From a virus (Duplodnaviria > Caudoviricetes), in the IMG/VR virus record IMGVR_UViG_3300042247_000016, positions 1 to 32,288 of that record: a stretch of 32,288 bases of DNA; one strand, written 5' to 3'. Position 1 is the stretch's first letter, and every line of letters starts with the position of its first letter. Positions 1 to 7,099 of the stretch are shown piece after piece. Both the position numbers and the translations under genes were made by a program. The notes under the pieces were generated by a model. That model had not been told where the DNA came from and did not search any database. It saw only the letters and a list, made by a program, of their open reading frames with translations.

Positions 1-132
1 CCACCGGGTGGCCGGGGCGTAGCCGATGACGATGCCGAATGGGGTTGCCCGTTCGGGATTGTCTGGGTCACAGAGTTTTTGCAGCAGGGCAGCGTGTTGG
101 TTGTCTGCGGCATGGATTGGGGGGGTGGTCAT
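1..132 (-). CDS. Hypothetical protein, 3' end outside window (MTTPPIHAADNQHAALLQKLCDP...)
   Basis: ATG at 132, AGGAG RBS at 141-145 (minus strand), frame open to the window edge. Confidence 0.6.
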   Translation of the reverse strand, partial: MTTPPIHAADNQHAALLQKLCDPDNPERATPFGIVIGYAPATRW

Positions 133-150
133 TTGGGTGTCTCCTGATGA

Positions 151-264
151 TCAGAAAAGGGTTAGCTGTTTCTTGAGGCCGGCGACCCGCCAGGCGGGCA
201 GCCAGCGGTAATGCAGGGGCCGGCAACGCCACAGGCGCCAGGTGAGGATCAGGCGGCGGTGCAT
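151..264 (-). CDS. Small basic hypothetical protein, 37 aa (MHRRLILTWRLWRCRPLHYRWLPAWRVAGLKKQLTLF)
   Basis: Fills the gap between adjacent genes, AAGGA upstream, ends in a QLxLF-like motif. Confidence 0.5.
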   Translation of the reverse strand: MHRRLILTWRLWRCRPLHYRWLPAWRVAGLKKQLTLF

Positions 265-266
265 GG

Positions 267-623
267 CTAGGTGCTTCCTTTCAGGCGCCGGGCGATAACT
301 TGGTCGGCGTAGTACCAGGGCCATTGGGCGCGGCGTTCAAGCTCGTACTCTTTGCTCTGCCCTATCCGTTTCTGGTGATACGCTGCCCAAGCGGCCATCC
401 AAAAACTGAAGCGCGCGGAAATCTCGGGCTCGGGGTCGTAGCCGTCCATCCGCCAGGCGGTGAGTTCTTTCAGTTCGTCGTCTGTTGGGTATTCGCCGTT
501 GTTGCCGACGGGATTGATCGACGGTATGTCCAGGGGGGGGTATTCGATCGCTGGTTGGAAACTCGGCCACGGCTCTGCAGGCGCGTGGATGGCTAGGTAG
601 TCGCGCAGGGAAATCTCGTTCAT
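267..623 (-). CDS. Hypothetical phage protein (SLRDY...YYADQVIARR type)
   Basis: Start re-called at ATG 623 with AGGAG RBS; N- and C-terminal motifs common in small phage early proteins. Confidence 0.75.
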   Translation of the reverse strand: MNEISLRDYLAIHAPAEPWPSFQPAIEYPPLDIPSINPVGNNGEYPTDDELKELTAWRMDGYDPEPEISARFSFWMAAWAAYHQKRIGQSKEYELERRAQWPWYYADQVIARRLKGST

Positions 624-637
624 CGAGTTGGCTCCTG

Positions 638-1240
638 TCAGGCCGCCAGTTGGTCTTCGACGGCGCATTGGATTTCCGGCGGGATGGCGGGGCGCAGGGG
701 TTTGCCGGTGATGGGGGAGATGAGTTCGCCGGTGCGGGTGAGGTGTTGCAGCAGGCGGTGCGTCAGGTGGACGTCCTGCAGGCAGTAGTCGATGACGCGC
801 TCGCGTAGGCCGCGCTGCCACCAGATGGGAGCGATGGCGCCGTGGCCGCGTTTGCTCTGGCCGGGTCCCAGGTTGGCGGCGGCGAAGGCGTCGAGGCTGT
901 TGTTGCGCTGTCCGCCGCAGCCGGCGGCGATGAGGGCGGCTTTGAGGTCCCATGAGCCGATGACTTCGACGCCGTGGGCTTCGAGTACCCGATCATCGAA
1001 GGGGTGGTTGTTCCAGCCGATCAGGGGCCGGCCGGCGGCGAGGGCGGCGAAGCGCTCGAGTTCGTCGAGGGTGCCGCCGAAGACGCGGCTTTGGCCGGCT
1101 TCGAGGTCGAAGGCGCCGATGCAGGCGATGCCCATGCCGGTGTAGTCGGTCCATCCGGCGGCGTAGTGGATGCCGTCGAGGCGCTCGGTGTCGTCCTTGG
1201 GGGCGACGGGGCAGATGGATTCGATGTCGTAGATGATCAT
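638..1240 (-). CDS. DnaQ-like 3'-5' exonuclease (DEDDy, RNase H-like fold)
   Basis: ExoI IIYDIES, ExoII GWNNHPFD, ExoIII YCLQDV; ATGA overlap with the upstream gene. Confidence 0.85.
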   Translation of the reverse strand: MIIYDIESICPVAPKDDTERLDGIHYAAGWTDYTGMGIACIGAFDLEAGQSRVFGGTLDELERFAALAAGRPLIGWNNHPFDDRVLEAHGVEVIGSWDLKAALIAAGCGGQRNNSLDAFAAANLGPGQSKRGHGAIAPIWWQRGLRERVIDYCLQDVHLTHRLLQHLTRTGELISPITGKPLRPAIPPEIQCAVEDQLAA

Positions 1241-1560
1241 TGGCCGATCTCCGATTGGGCGGCGAGCCACGCGCTGGCGGCGCGGTAGCAGTAGTCGTGC
1301 AGGGTTTGCGCCAGGGCGAGCGGGTCGGTACGGGTGATGCCGATGATTTGCTCGAGGCGCGGGTTGGCGAGCAGGGCCAGGGCGAATTCTTCGGCGCAGC
1401 GCTCGGCTTTATAGGCTGCGAGGTTTGCTGGCTGCCCATGCCCCTGCCCCATGCCTGGCACGTGTGGTGTTTGTTCTTGTTCGTCGCCGGGTGCGTACTG
1501 GGGGGCGGTTTCGTTCGGGCGCCGGGTGTCGGCGAGGTGTGGTGTTTCGCGTTTGGTCAC
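1237..1560 (-). CDS. Hypothetical protein
   Basis: GTG at 1560 with GGAGG RBS; stop overlaps the exonuclease start. Confidence 0.65.
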   Translation of the reverse strand: MTKRETPHLADTRRPNETAPQYAPGDEQEQTPHVPGMGQGHGQPANLAAYKAERCAEEFALALLANPRLEQIIGITRTDPLALAQTLHDYCYRAASAWLAAQSEIGQ

Positions 1561-1600
1561 GGGTTGCCTCCGGTGGGTCTGCTGTGTAGGCTGTTGCGGT

Positions 1601-1699
1601 GAGTGCAACAGCTGAGCCGGAGTTTTACCGCATGTCGTGCGTTGAGTGCAACAGATGGGGCGGTTTTTTTGACCGCATGCGGTCAGCGCATGCGGTCAG
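1601..1699. promoter_or_regulatory. Putative leftward early promoter/operator region
   Basis: GAGTGCAACAG direct repeat (1601-1611, 1644-1654) containing TTGCAC on the minus strand; perfect 16-bp palindrome TGACCGCATGCGGTCA at 1670-1685 plus a partial copy at 1687-1699. Confidence 0.55.
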
Positions 1700-1727
1700 G
1701 GCATGGCAGGTGGTCGGTTGCGGGCGG

Positions 1728-2066
1728 TCAGCGCTTGGGGTTGCGCGTTTCGTAGGCCGCGGCGGCGTCGGCGATGGTGTCGGCGAGCCGTTTGCGGATT
1801 TCGGGCGGCAGGCGGCCGTAGGTGGCCAGTTCCGGCGGGTAGAACAGGGCCTGGTACGGCATGCCAAGGGCGGCGGCGACGCGCTCGAGGCTGTCCTGGG
1901 TGAAGCCTTCGTTGTGCTCGAGGCGGCTGATAGCGCTGGCGTCCAGCGGCGGACGGCAGTGTCGCGCCAGGTCGGCCTGGCTCCAGCCGCGTTGTGTGCG
2001 CAGACGGTGAATTGTGGCGCCCGGTGGGTCGGTTTCGAGGTAGGGAGCGGAGTGCGGGCGGGCCAT
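1728..2066 (-). CDS. XRE-family HTH repressor (CI-like position, no S24 peptidase domain); start could extend to 2210
   Basis: IHRLRTQRGWSQADLA...SAISRLEH...LERVAAALG is an HTH_3 pattern; divergent from a Cro-like gene. Confidence 0.85.
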   Translation of the reverse strand: MARPHSAPYLETDPPGATIHRLRTQRGWSQADLARHCRPPLDASAISRLEHNEGFTQDSLERVAAALGMPYQALFYPPELATYGRLPPEIRKRLADTIADAAAAYETRNPKR

Positions 2067-2208
2067 GACTTGGTGGTTGGGTGGAGAGCTGGCGGCCGGA
2101 GGGTATGCGGCTGTCGTGACGAGCGCGAGTGCTGGTGCGCTGGACGCATGGGAAGGTTTTTTGTTGATTTCAAGAGCTTGGGCACAGTGAACGAGGTGCA
2201 GTTTGGCC

Positions 2209-2427
2209 ATGACGGTTCTCCGTGAGTTGTTGGCGGATGCGGGCACGCGCCGCCTGGTGGCGACAACGCTGCAGCGCGACCGGTCGACGGTGTATCGGTG
2301 GTGGATGGGGTTGTCGTTCCCTGCCAGGGCCGATGCCGAGCGGCTGGTGGCGTTGTTAGCGCCGCAGGGGCTGGATTTCAACGGGTGTTATACGACCAAT
2401 GGCCGAGATACCGATGCGCGGGGGTAG
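2209..2427 (+). CDS. Cro-like HTH regulator
   Basis: VATTLQRDRSTVYRW HTH; GAGGTG RBS; located between repressor and replication genes. Confidence 0.75.
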   Translation: MTVLRELLADAGTRRLVATTLQRDRSTVYRWWMGLSFPARADAERLVALLAPQGLDFNGCYTTNGRDTDARG

Positions 2428-3346
2428 TTGTCCGCCGTTGGTGCCGCCGGCGTGTGATTTGGCGGGGTTGCAGTGGTTCCCGCTGGATATCGATCGGTTG
2501 CTGGGTAGTCAGTTCCACCAGGGGGCGGACGATACGGCGTGGCGGGCTGGGGTGACGCTGTGGATCAAGAGTTTTCGGCAGGTGCCGGCGGCGTCGTTGC
2601 CGGCGGATGATGCGGCGCTCGCCCGACTCGCGGAGCTGGGCCGGGATGTGAGGACGTGGCGGCGGGTGCGATCGGCGGCGCTGCACGGGTGGGTGTTGTG
2701 CAGTGATGGGCGGTTGTATCACCCGGTGGTGGCTGAGCGGGCGCTGGCGGCGTGGATCGGGCGGATTAATGATCAGCGGCGGTCGGCGGCGGGCAATCGG
2801 GCGCGGGGCCGGCGCGTGGCATCGACGGCGCAGTTGGATGCGTGGCTGGGTGAGGCGCGGGCGGCGCTGGGGCGGTTGGCGGGCCGTGCAGGTGGAAGTG
2901 CTGCCGGGAGTCCTGCCGGGAGTCCTGCAGGGAGTCCATCGGGGGGTCCCTCGGGGAGTCCCTCAGGGGGTCCCTCAGGGAGTCCCTCAGGGAGTCCGGC
3001 AGGGGCGGATGGTTGGCCGAAGGCGGCCGGGTTTATGGCGAAGGCGCTGCGGGGTGTGTTGGTGCGGGTCAGCAGCACTGATCCGGTGTTGTTGGGTTGG
3101 TTGGCGGATGGGTTTTCGGTGGAGCAGTTGCTGGAGGCGGTGCAGCTGGCACGGCAGTACAAGCCGGCGCCGGAGCCGCTGCCGGCGCGGTATCTGGATA
3201 AGGTTTTGCGCAGTCGAGGTGATGCCAATGGGGCGGGGTCAAGGGGCTGGGATGCGGCGCGCGAGCAGCGCGCTGCCGCGCTCACGGGCCGCGATGCAGC
3301 GGGCGGCAACAATGAGTCAATCGACGGTGAGTTCCGCGAGGTGTGA
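2414..3346 (+). CDS. DUF1376/YdaU-like phage replication initiator (lambda O analogue); start 2399 or 2414
   Basis: WFPLDIDRLLGS...LWIKSFRQVPAASLPADD...HGWVLCSDGRLYHPVVAE motif, internal tandem repeats, position upstream of a P-like gene. Confidence 0.8.
   Translation: MRGGSCPPLVPPACDLAGLQWFPLDIDRLLGSQFHQGADDTAWRAGVTLWIKSFRQVPAASLPADDAALARLAELGRDVRTWRRVRSAALHGWVLCSDGRLYHPVVAERALAAWIGRINDQRRSAAGNRARGRRVASTAQLDAWLGEARAALGRLAGRAGGSAAGSPAGSPAGSPSGGPSGSPSGGPSGSPSGSPAGADGWPKAAGFMAKALRGVLVRVSSTDPVLLGWLADGFSVEQLLEAVQLARQYKPAPEPLPARYLDKVLRSRGDANGAGSRGWDAAREQRAAALTGRDAAGGNNESIDGEFREV
2894..3001 (+). repeat. Nine tandem 12-bp repeats (consensus GGGAGTCCCTCA), putative iterons/origin inside the initiator gene
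   Basis: Units start at 2894, 2906, 2918, 2930, 2942, 2954, 2966, 2978 and 2990; they encode GSPA/GSPS; core GGGAGTCCC is quasi-palindromic. Confidence 0.85.
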
Positions 3347-3917
3347 GCCGTTGCCGATTCGGTGGGTGGAGCGGCTGTTCGAGGTGTTGTTGCACCACTA
3401 TGGCAAGCGGTTTGTGGATCAGTGGGGGCAGGTGGATCCGCAGGCGCTGAAGGCGCATTGGGCGCAGCAGTTGGGGTCGTTGTCGGAAGCGGAGTTGCGG
3501 CGCGGGTTGAAGCGGCTGGATCAATGCGCGTGGCCGCCGTCGTTGCCTGAGTTCAAGGCGCTGTGCAGGGCAGCGCAGGATTATGAGGCGGCATTTTTCG
3601 AGGCGGTGCGGGAGTCGCAGCGGCGGCGCGATGGGCTGGATGAGTGGAGCGAGCCGGCGGTTTTCTGGGCGGCGGTGCGGATGGGCCGCGATTTGCACAG
3701 CCGGCCGTATGAGCAGTTGCGGTTACGGTGGCGTGAGGCGTTGGATTCGGCGGTGGAGGATATCCGCAGCGGCCGGCTGGCGGATGAGGTTCCGCCGGCG
3801 CGGGCGCCACGGTTGCCGCCACGGCCGCAGGCGCCGTCGGCTGAGGGGTTGGCGGCGGCCGAGGAGGCGCTGGAGGCGATGCGTGCGGCGCTGCGGCGGC
3901 AGGGGCCGTCTGGGTGA
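3312..3917 (+). CDS. Replication protein P-like helicase loader
   Basis: WVERLF...YGKRFVDQWG...WAQQLGSLS..EL.RGL...WPPSLPEFKALCR pattern; follows the initiator. Confidence 0.7.
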   Translation: MSQSTVSSARCEPLPIRWVERLFEVLLHHYGKRFVDQWGQVDPQALKAHWAQQLGSLSEAELRRGLKRLDQCAWPPSLPEFKALCRAAQDYEAAFFEAVRESQRRRDGLDEWSEPAVFWAAVRMGRDLHSRPYEQLRLRWREALDSAVEDIRSGRLADEVPPARAPRLPPRPQAPSAEGLAAAEEALEAMRAALRRQGPSG

Positions 3918-3933
3918 GGCGCCCTGCCCTGCC

Positions 3934-4164
3934 CTAAAGTTTGTCGGGGTTGATGATGCCCCAGTCGGCGACTTGGTAGGGTGCCGCGCTGTCGGCGGCC
4001 CGGCCGGGTGGGCGGCGGGTGATGATTATGCCGAGCTGCTGCAGGTCGGCCAGTGCCCGGTAGGCGCTGGCGCGACTCAGGCCGACGGCGGTCTGCAGGT
4101 CGGCCAGGGTGGCGCCGTGGCGCAGGGCGCGCAGGATGGCGACGGTTTGTTGGTGGCGGGTCAT
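3934..4164 (-). CDS. Winged HTH protein (HTH_43-like)
   Basis: LADLQTAVGLSRASAYRALADLQQLGI HTH and C-terminal YQVADWGII; ATGA overlap with the upstream gene. Confidence 0.7.
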   Translation of the reverse strand: MTRHQQTVAILRALRHGATLADLQTAVGLSRASAYRALADLQQLGIIITRRPPGRAADSAAPYQVADWGIINPDKL

Positions 4165-4571
4165 GGGGTGATGCGGGCGCCGGATGGGAGCAGGGCCACT
4201 TCGGGGGAGAGGTCGGCGTGTTGCCAGACGCGTTGCACGACTTCTAGGGTGGCGACTTGTTGGCCGGCGGTTGCCTCGCGCAGGCGCTGGGCCAGGGCGG
4301 GGCCGTCTATGCCCCACTGCTCGCTCAGTTGGTGCCCGTTTTCCTCGATTTCGACCCATGCGATGCGCAGGTCCACTCTGCCGTCGCAATAGTCGCGCAG
4401 GGCGTGGCACAGGGCTAGCCATTCGGGCTTAGTGAATGCGAGGCGATCCTTGTTGAGGATGTACAGGTACCGCTCGGCTATGGCGTTGACGCGCGCTGAG
4501 CGGTTGTCGTGGCCGTCCAGGACGGCTTGCAGGGGCCGGCCGGCGTAGATGCTGATTCTGTTGTCGCCCAT
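4161..4571 (-). CDS. Hypothetical mobile-element protein (possible ribbon-helix-helix N-terminus)
   Basis: AGGAG RBS; ISIY...RSARVNAIAERY...FTKPEW.ALC pattern. Confidence 0.75.
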   Translation of the reverse strand: MGDNRISIYAGRPLQAVLDGHDNRSARVNAIAERYLYILNKDRLAFTKPEWLALCHALRDYCDGRVDLRIAWVEIEENGHQLSEQWGIDGPALAQRLREATAGQQVATLEVVQRVWQHADLSPEVALLPSGARITP

Positions 4572-4580
4572 GGTTATCTC

Positions 4581-4829
4581 CTAGAGTTTCAGTTGGCCAG
4601 TTTCCAGTTTGCGCTCTCTGACTCGTTGCGATGCGGAGCTTAGCGCCGGCGCCCAAGATGGAAAGTTTCGCGCCAGGGCTTCGATTTCTAAAGCGGCGTC
4701 CTCGAGCGCTCTATTTAGAGCGCGGCGGGCAGCATTCACGGCTGCGCTTTCGCGTTTTTGCTTTTGCTGGGGCGGTGTTGTGATGTTGGTCAGACATGCC
4801 GGTATGTGTAGCTCCGGGCGTTGTTTCAT
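4581..4829 (-). CDS. Hypothetical protein
   Basis: GGAG RBS; within the operon; lower GC than its neighbours. Confidence 0.65.
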   Translation of the reverse strand: MKQRPELHIPACLTNITTPPQQKQKRESAAVNAARRALNRALEDAALEIEALARNFPSWAPALSSASQRVRERKLETGQLKL

Positions 4830-4847
4830 GGTCGTGACTCCAGTGGG

Positions 4848-5027
4848 TTAGAGGTTGGCGCACTGCTTGGCAAGCTCGCGCTGGTATACGTCCAGCGCTA
4901 CCCATTTGATGAGCCATTCCCGGCCTTGTACGGTCAGCATGACCATTCCGCGCTCGCGGCGGACGGGCTCAGCGTTGAGCGTGACGGTGTGGCCGTTGTA
5001 GCCGTCGGGCAGGGTGATTGTTTGCAT
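4848..5027 (-). CDS. Small hypothetical protein, 59 aa (MQTITLPDGYNGHTVTLNAEP...), absent from the ORF track
   Basis: ATG 5027 with GGAG RBS, TAA at 4848-4850; fills the gap in the ardC operon. Confidence 0.65.
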   Translation of the reverse strand: MQTITLPDGYNGHTVTLNAEPVRRERGMVMLTVQGREWLIKWVALDVYQRELAKQCANL

Positions 5028-5087
5028 GGTCTATTCGCTCCAGATTGCGCGCCCCGACACCATGCCGGGGCGCTGGGTGGTCGATCG

Positions 5088-5972
5088 TTACGCGGCTTGC
5101 TGCTGCTGCGCGTCGGGCTGGTTGTAGGCCAGCAGGTAGTCTGCCGCGCGTTGCGCCTGGCTGGCGGCGGTGAAGATGGCGCGCTTGTCGTTGCGCAGGA
5201 TTTGCAGCCAATGTGCGATGTATTCGGCGTGCTGCAGCTGGCCTGCTACACCGAGCGCGGCGCAGGTGTAGGCGCTGGCGATTTCGGCGATCAGTTCTTC
5301 GGCCGCGTATTTGTGCGCGCCGAATCGGCCGGACAGGTCGCGGGCGCAGCGTGTTGAGTGGCCGGTCCAGTGCGCAAGCTCGTGCAGGGCGGTGCTGTAG
5401 TAGCCGCCAGCGTCTGCAAACTGGTCGCGCCGTGGCAGACGGATGTAGTCGAGCATGGGCGCGTAGGCGGCGCGGTCTCCACCGTGGCGGATGTCGGCGC
5501 CGCTGCGCTGGATCAGGCGCTCGGCGAGGTCGTGCGGCTGCCATGCGTTGGCCGGCGCCGGGGCGGCTGCGGTGGTCGGCTCGATGCCGTCGATCTGGGC
5601 CACGTTGAACACGGTGTAGCCACGCAGCACGAACCGCGGGCCGTCGTTGTCGTCGTCGGCTTCCTGGCCGCCGCCCGGGTCGAGTTTCTTCCAGAAGATG
5701 ATTTTCGCGCCGCGTTCGCCTTTGCGGACCTGGCCGCCGCGTTCCTGCGCTTGGCGGTAGGTCATCCATTCGGGCACCGAGTAGCCGCATTCGTGCTCGG
5801 CCATCCAAAGCAGGGCCACGTTCAGGCCACGGTAGCGCGTGCCGCTGGCTGGGTTCCACGGCATGCCGCTGTAGCCGCTGGCGGTGTTCCACGGCTTGAC
5901 CCACGGCGCGGTGCCGGCCTCGAGGGCGGCGATGATCCGGTCGGTCACGTCCTGGTAGAGGTCGCTGTGCAT
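5088..5972 (-). CDS. ardC: ArdC-family antirestriction protein (ssDNA-binding N-domain plus zincin-like metallopeptidase)
   Basis: PWVKPW, YRGLNVALLW, WMTYRQAQ..GGQVRKGE, VFNVAQ, LHELAHWTGH (HExxH), YAAEELIAE. Confidence 0.93.
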   Translation of the reverse strand: MHSDLYQDVTDRIIAALEAGTAPWVKPWNTASGYSGMPWNPASGTRYRGLNVALLWMAEHECGYSVPEWMTYRQAQERGGQVRKGERGAKIIFWKKLDPGGGQEADDDNDGPRFVLRGYTVFNVAQIDGIEPTTAAAPAPANAWQPHDLAERLIQRSGADIRHGGDRAAYAPMLDYIRLPRRDQFADAGGYYSTALHELAHWTGHSTRCARDLSGRFGAHKYAAEELIAEIASAYTCAALGVAGQLQHAEYIAHWLQILRNDKRAIFTAASQAQRAADYLLAYNQPDAQQQQAA

Positions 5973-6055
5973 TGTTCAACTCCTGCCCTTGCGGGCTGTT
6001 CTCCCGGTCCCGCCTATCGGGTCCGTGGATGGGCGGCTGTTTCAACCGCGGAAGT

Positions 6056-6084
6056 ATTGTCTCACAGCGCGCGACTAATGGCAA
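6056..6084 (-). promoter_or_regulatory. Putative sigma70 promoter of the ardC operon
   Basis: Minus strand TTGCCA (6084-6079), 17-nt spacer, GACAAT (6061-6056) with an extended -10 TG. Confidence 0.55.
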
Positions 6085-6089
6085 GGGGT

Positions 6090-6171
6090 TTCTGTCCCTT
6101 AGGGACTCTCTAAGGGAGTCCCTTGGGGAGTCCTTAAGGGAGCTAAAAACGGTCCCTTGGGGAGTCCCAAG
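6090..6171. repeat. Non-coding 12-bp-period GGGAGTCCCT repeat cluster, same motif as the repeats in the initiator gene
   Basis: Units at 6102 GGGACTCTCTAA, 6114 GGGAGTCCCTTG, 6126 GGGAGTCCTTAA, 6160 GGGAGTCCCAAG; palindrome GTCCCT-T-AGGGAC at 6094-6106. Confidence 0.8.
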
Positions 6172-6414
6172 TGATTTAGGTTGGAGTAGTAATTCCAAAC
6201 CTGAGTCAAATTCTCTGTCGTGGCTCTTGATATCGTCTCAAGCTCACGCTAAGGTGCCGTCAGACCAGGTGCGCAAGGGCGGCAGCGTGGCGGGAATCAA
6301 GCGTTTTCAAGCGGAGGGCGGCGCCGGGTGGCGTCGAGGGCGGCAAGGACTGCCCCGTTTGAGCCAGCCGCAGCCGTTGCCCAGCGGATCACAGCGGCAC
6401 GGGGTCGGTGAGTG

Positions 6415-7080
6415 ATGGCAACGCACGGCGGCGCACGGCCGGGCGCAGGACGGCCAGCAGGCGGGCTCAGTGAGTCGCGGCGGCTGCTGGATCAGGCGAT
6501 TCGCCAGGGCATGGCCATGGCGGTCAGGGATCGGCACCCTGCTGCGGCCGGCACGGCGGACGAACTGGCAATGGCCGGCGCGGCTGAAATCATCCGCATG
6601 ATGATGCACGCGGGGCATGGTGACCGGGTGCTGGCAATCTGGGCACAGATTGCACCCGCTGCGCCGGCAACGAACGGCCGCGAATCGGCCAGCGGTTCGC
6701 CGCTATCGGATGCACTCGAGCGGCTGCCAGGTGGTCACGGCGCGCCTGTCGCGCGCCAGTTGTCGGACGATCGGCAGGATCGTGGCGCCAGTGCTGGCGA
6801 TGATGCCGCGCGACCTGCTGATTGCGAATCAGCCGGCCGCCTGATTGAGGGTGTTCCGGCCGTTGATCTGCCGGGGCAGATTCCGCTGTCGGTCGATGCA
6901 CCAAGGCCGGCGGGCAATGCGCCAGCTGGGTGCGCGCCGGGCACTTCGTCCAGCAGCGTGCCAGCCGGGTGCGCGCCGGCTGGCGCGCCCCCCCCTACCC
7001 CCACCCCCCCCCGCGGCCGCAACGCGCAGGTTATCCACCCCGACAGATTTGATTTTTTGAATTTGGAGGTGGCCGAGTGA
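6415..7080 (+). CDS. Putative terminase small subunit
   Basis: N-terminal HGGARPGAGRP motif; directly upstream of the large terminase. Confidence 0.65.
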   Translation: MATHGGARPGAGRPAGGLSESRRLLDQAIRQGMAMAVRDRHPAAAGTADELAMAGAAEIIRMMMHAGHGDRVLAIWAQIAPAAPATNGRESASGSPLSDALERLPGGHGAPVARQLSDDRQDRGASAGDDAARPADCESAGRLIEGVPAVDLPGQIPLSVDAPRPAGNAPAGCAPGTSSSSVPAGCAPAGAPPPTPTPPRGRNAQVIHPDRFDFLNLEVAE

Positions 7081-7099
7081 TGGCCGCCAGGTATCGCGC

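Noticed and set aside
2894-3001. Tandem repeats as a CRISPR array (also 6090-6171 and 17716-18230)
   Set aside because: No unique spacers and no cas genes; contiguous 12-bp or in-frame 60-bp units
2703-3311. N-terminal extension of the 404-aa ORF 2703..3917
   Set aside because: Alternative frame of the initiator gene; the P-like protein plausibly starts at ATG 3312
6172-6411. tRNA/ncRNA or defined pac/cos site upstream of terS
   Set aside because: Only short hairpins; no cloverleaf or recognisable end sequence
6987-7012. C-rich tract as a phase-variation site or G-quadruplex
   Set aside because: Lies in the Pro-rich tail of terS with the frame intact up to a stop near terL; no further support, although homopolymer length errors are possible
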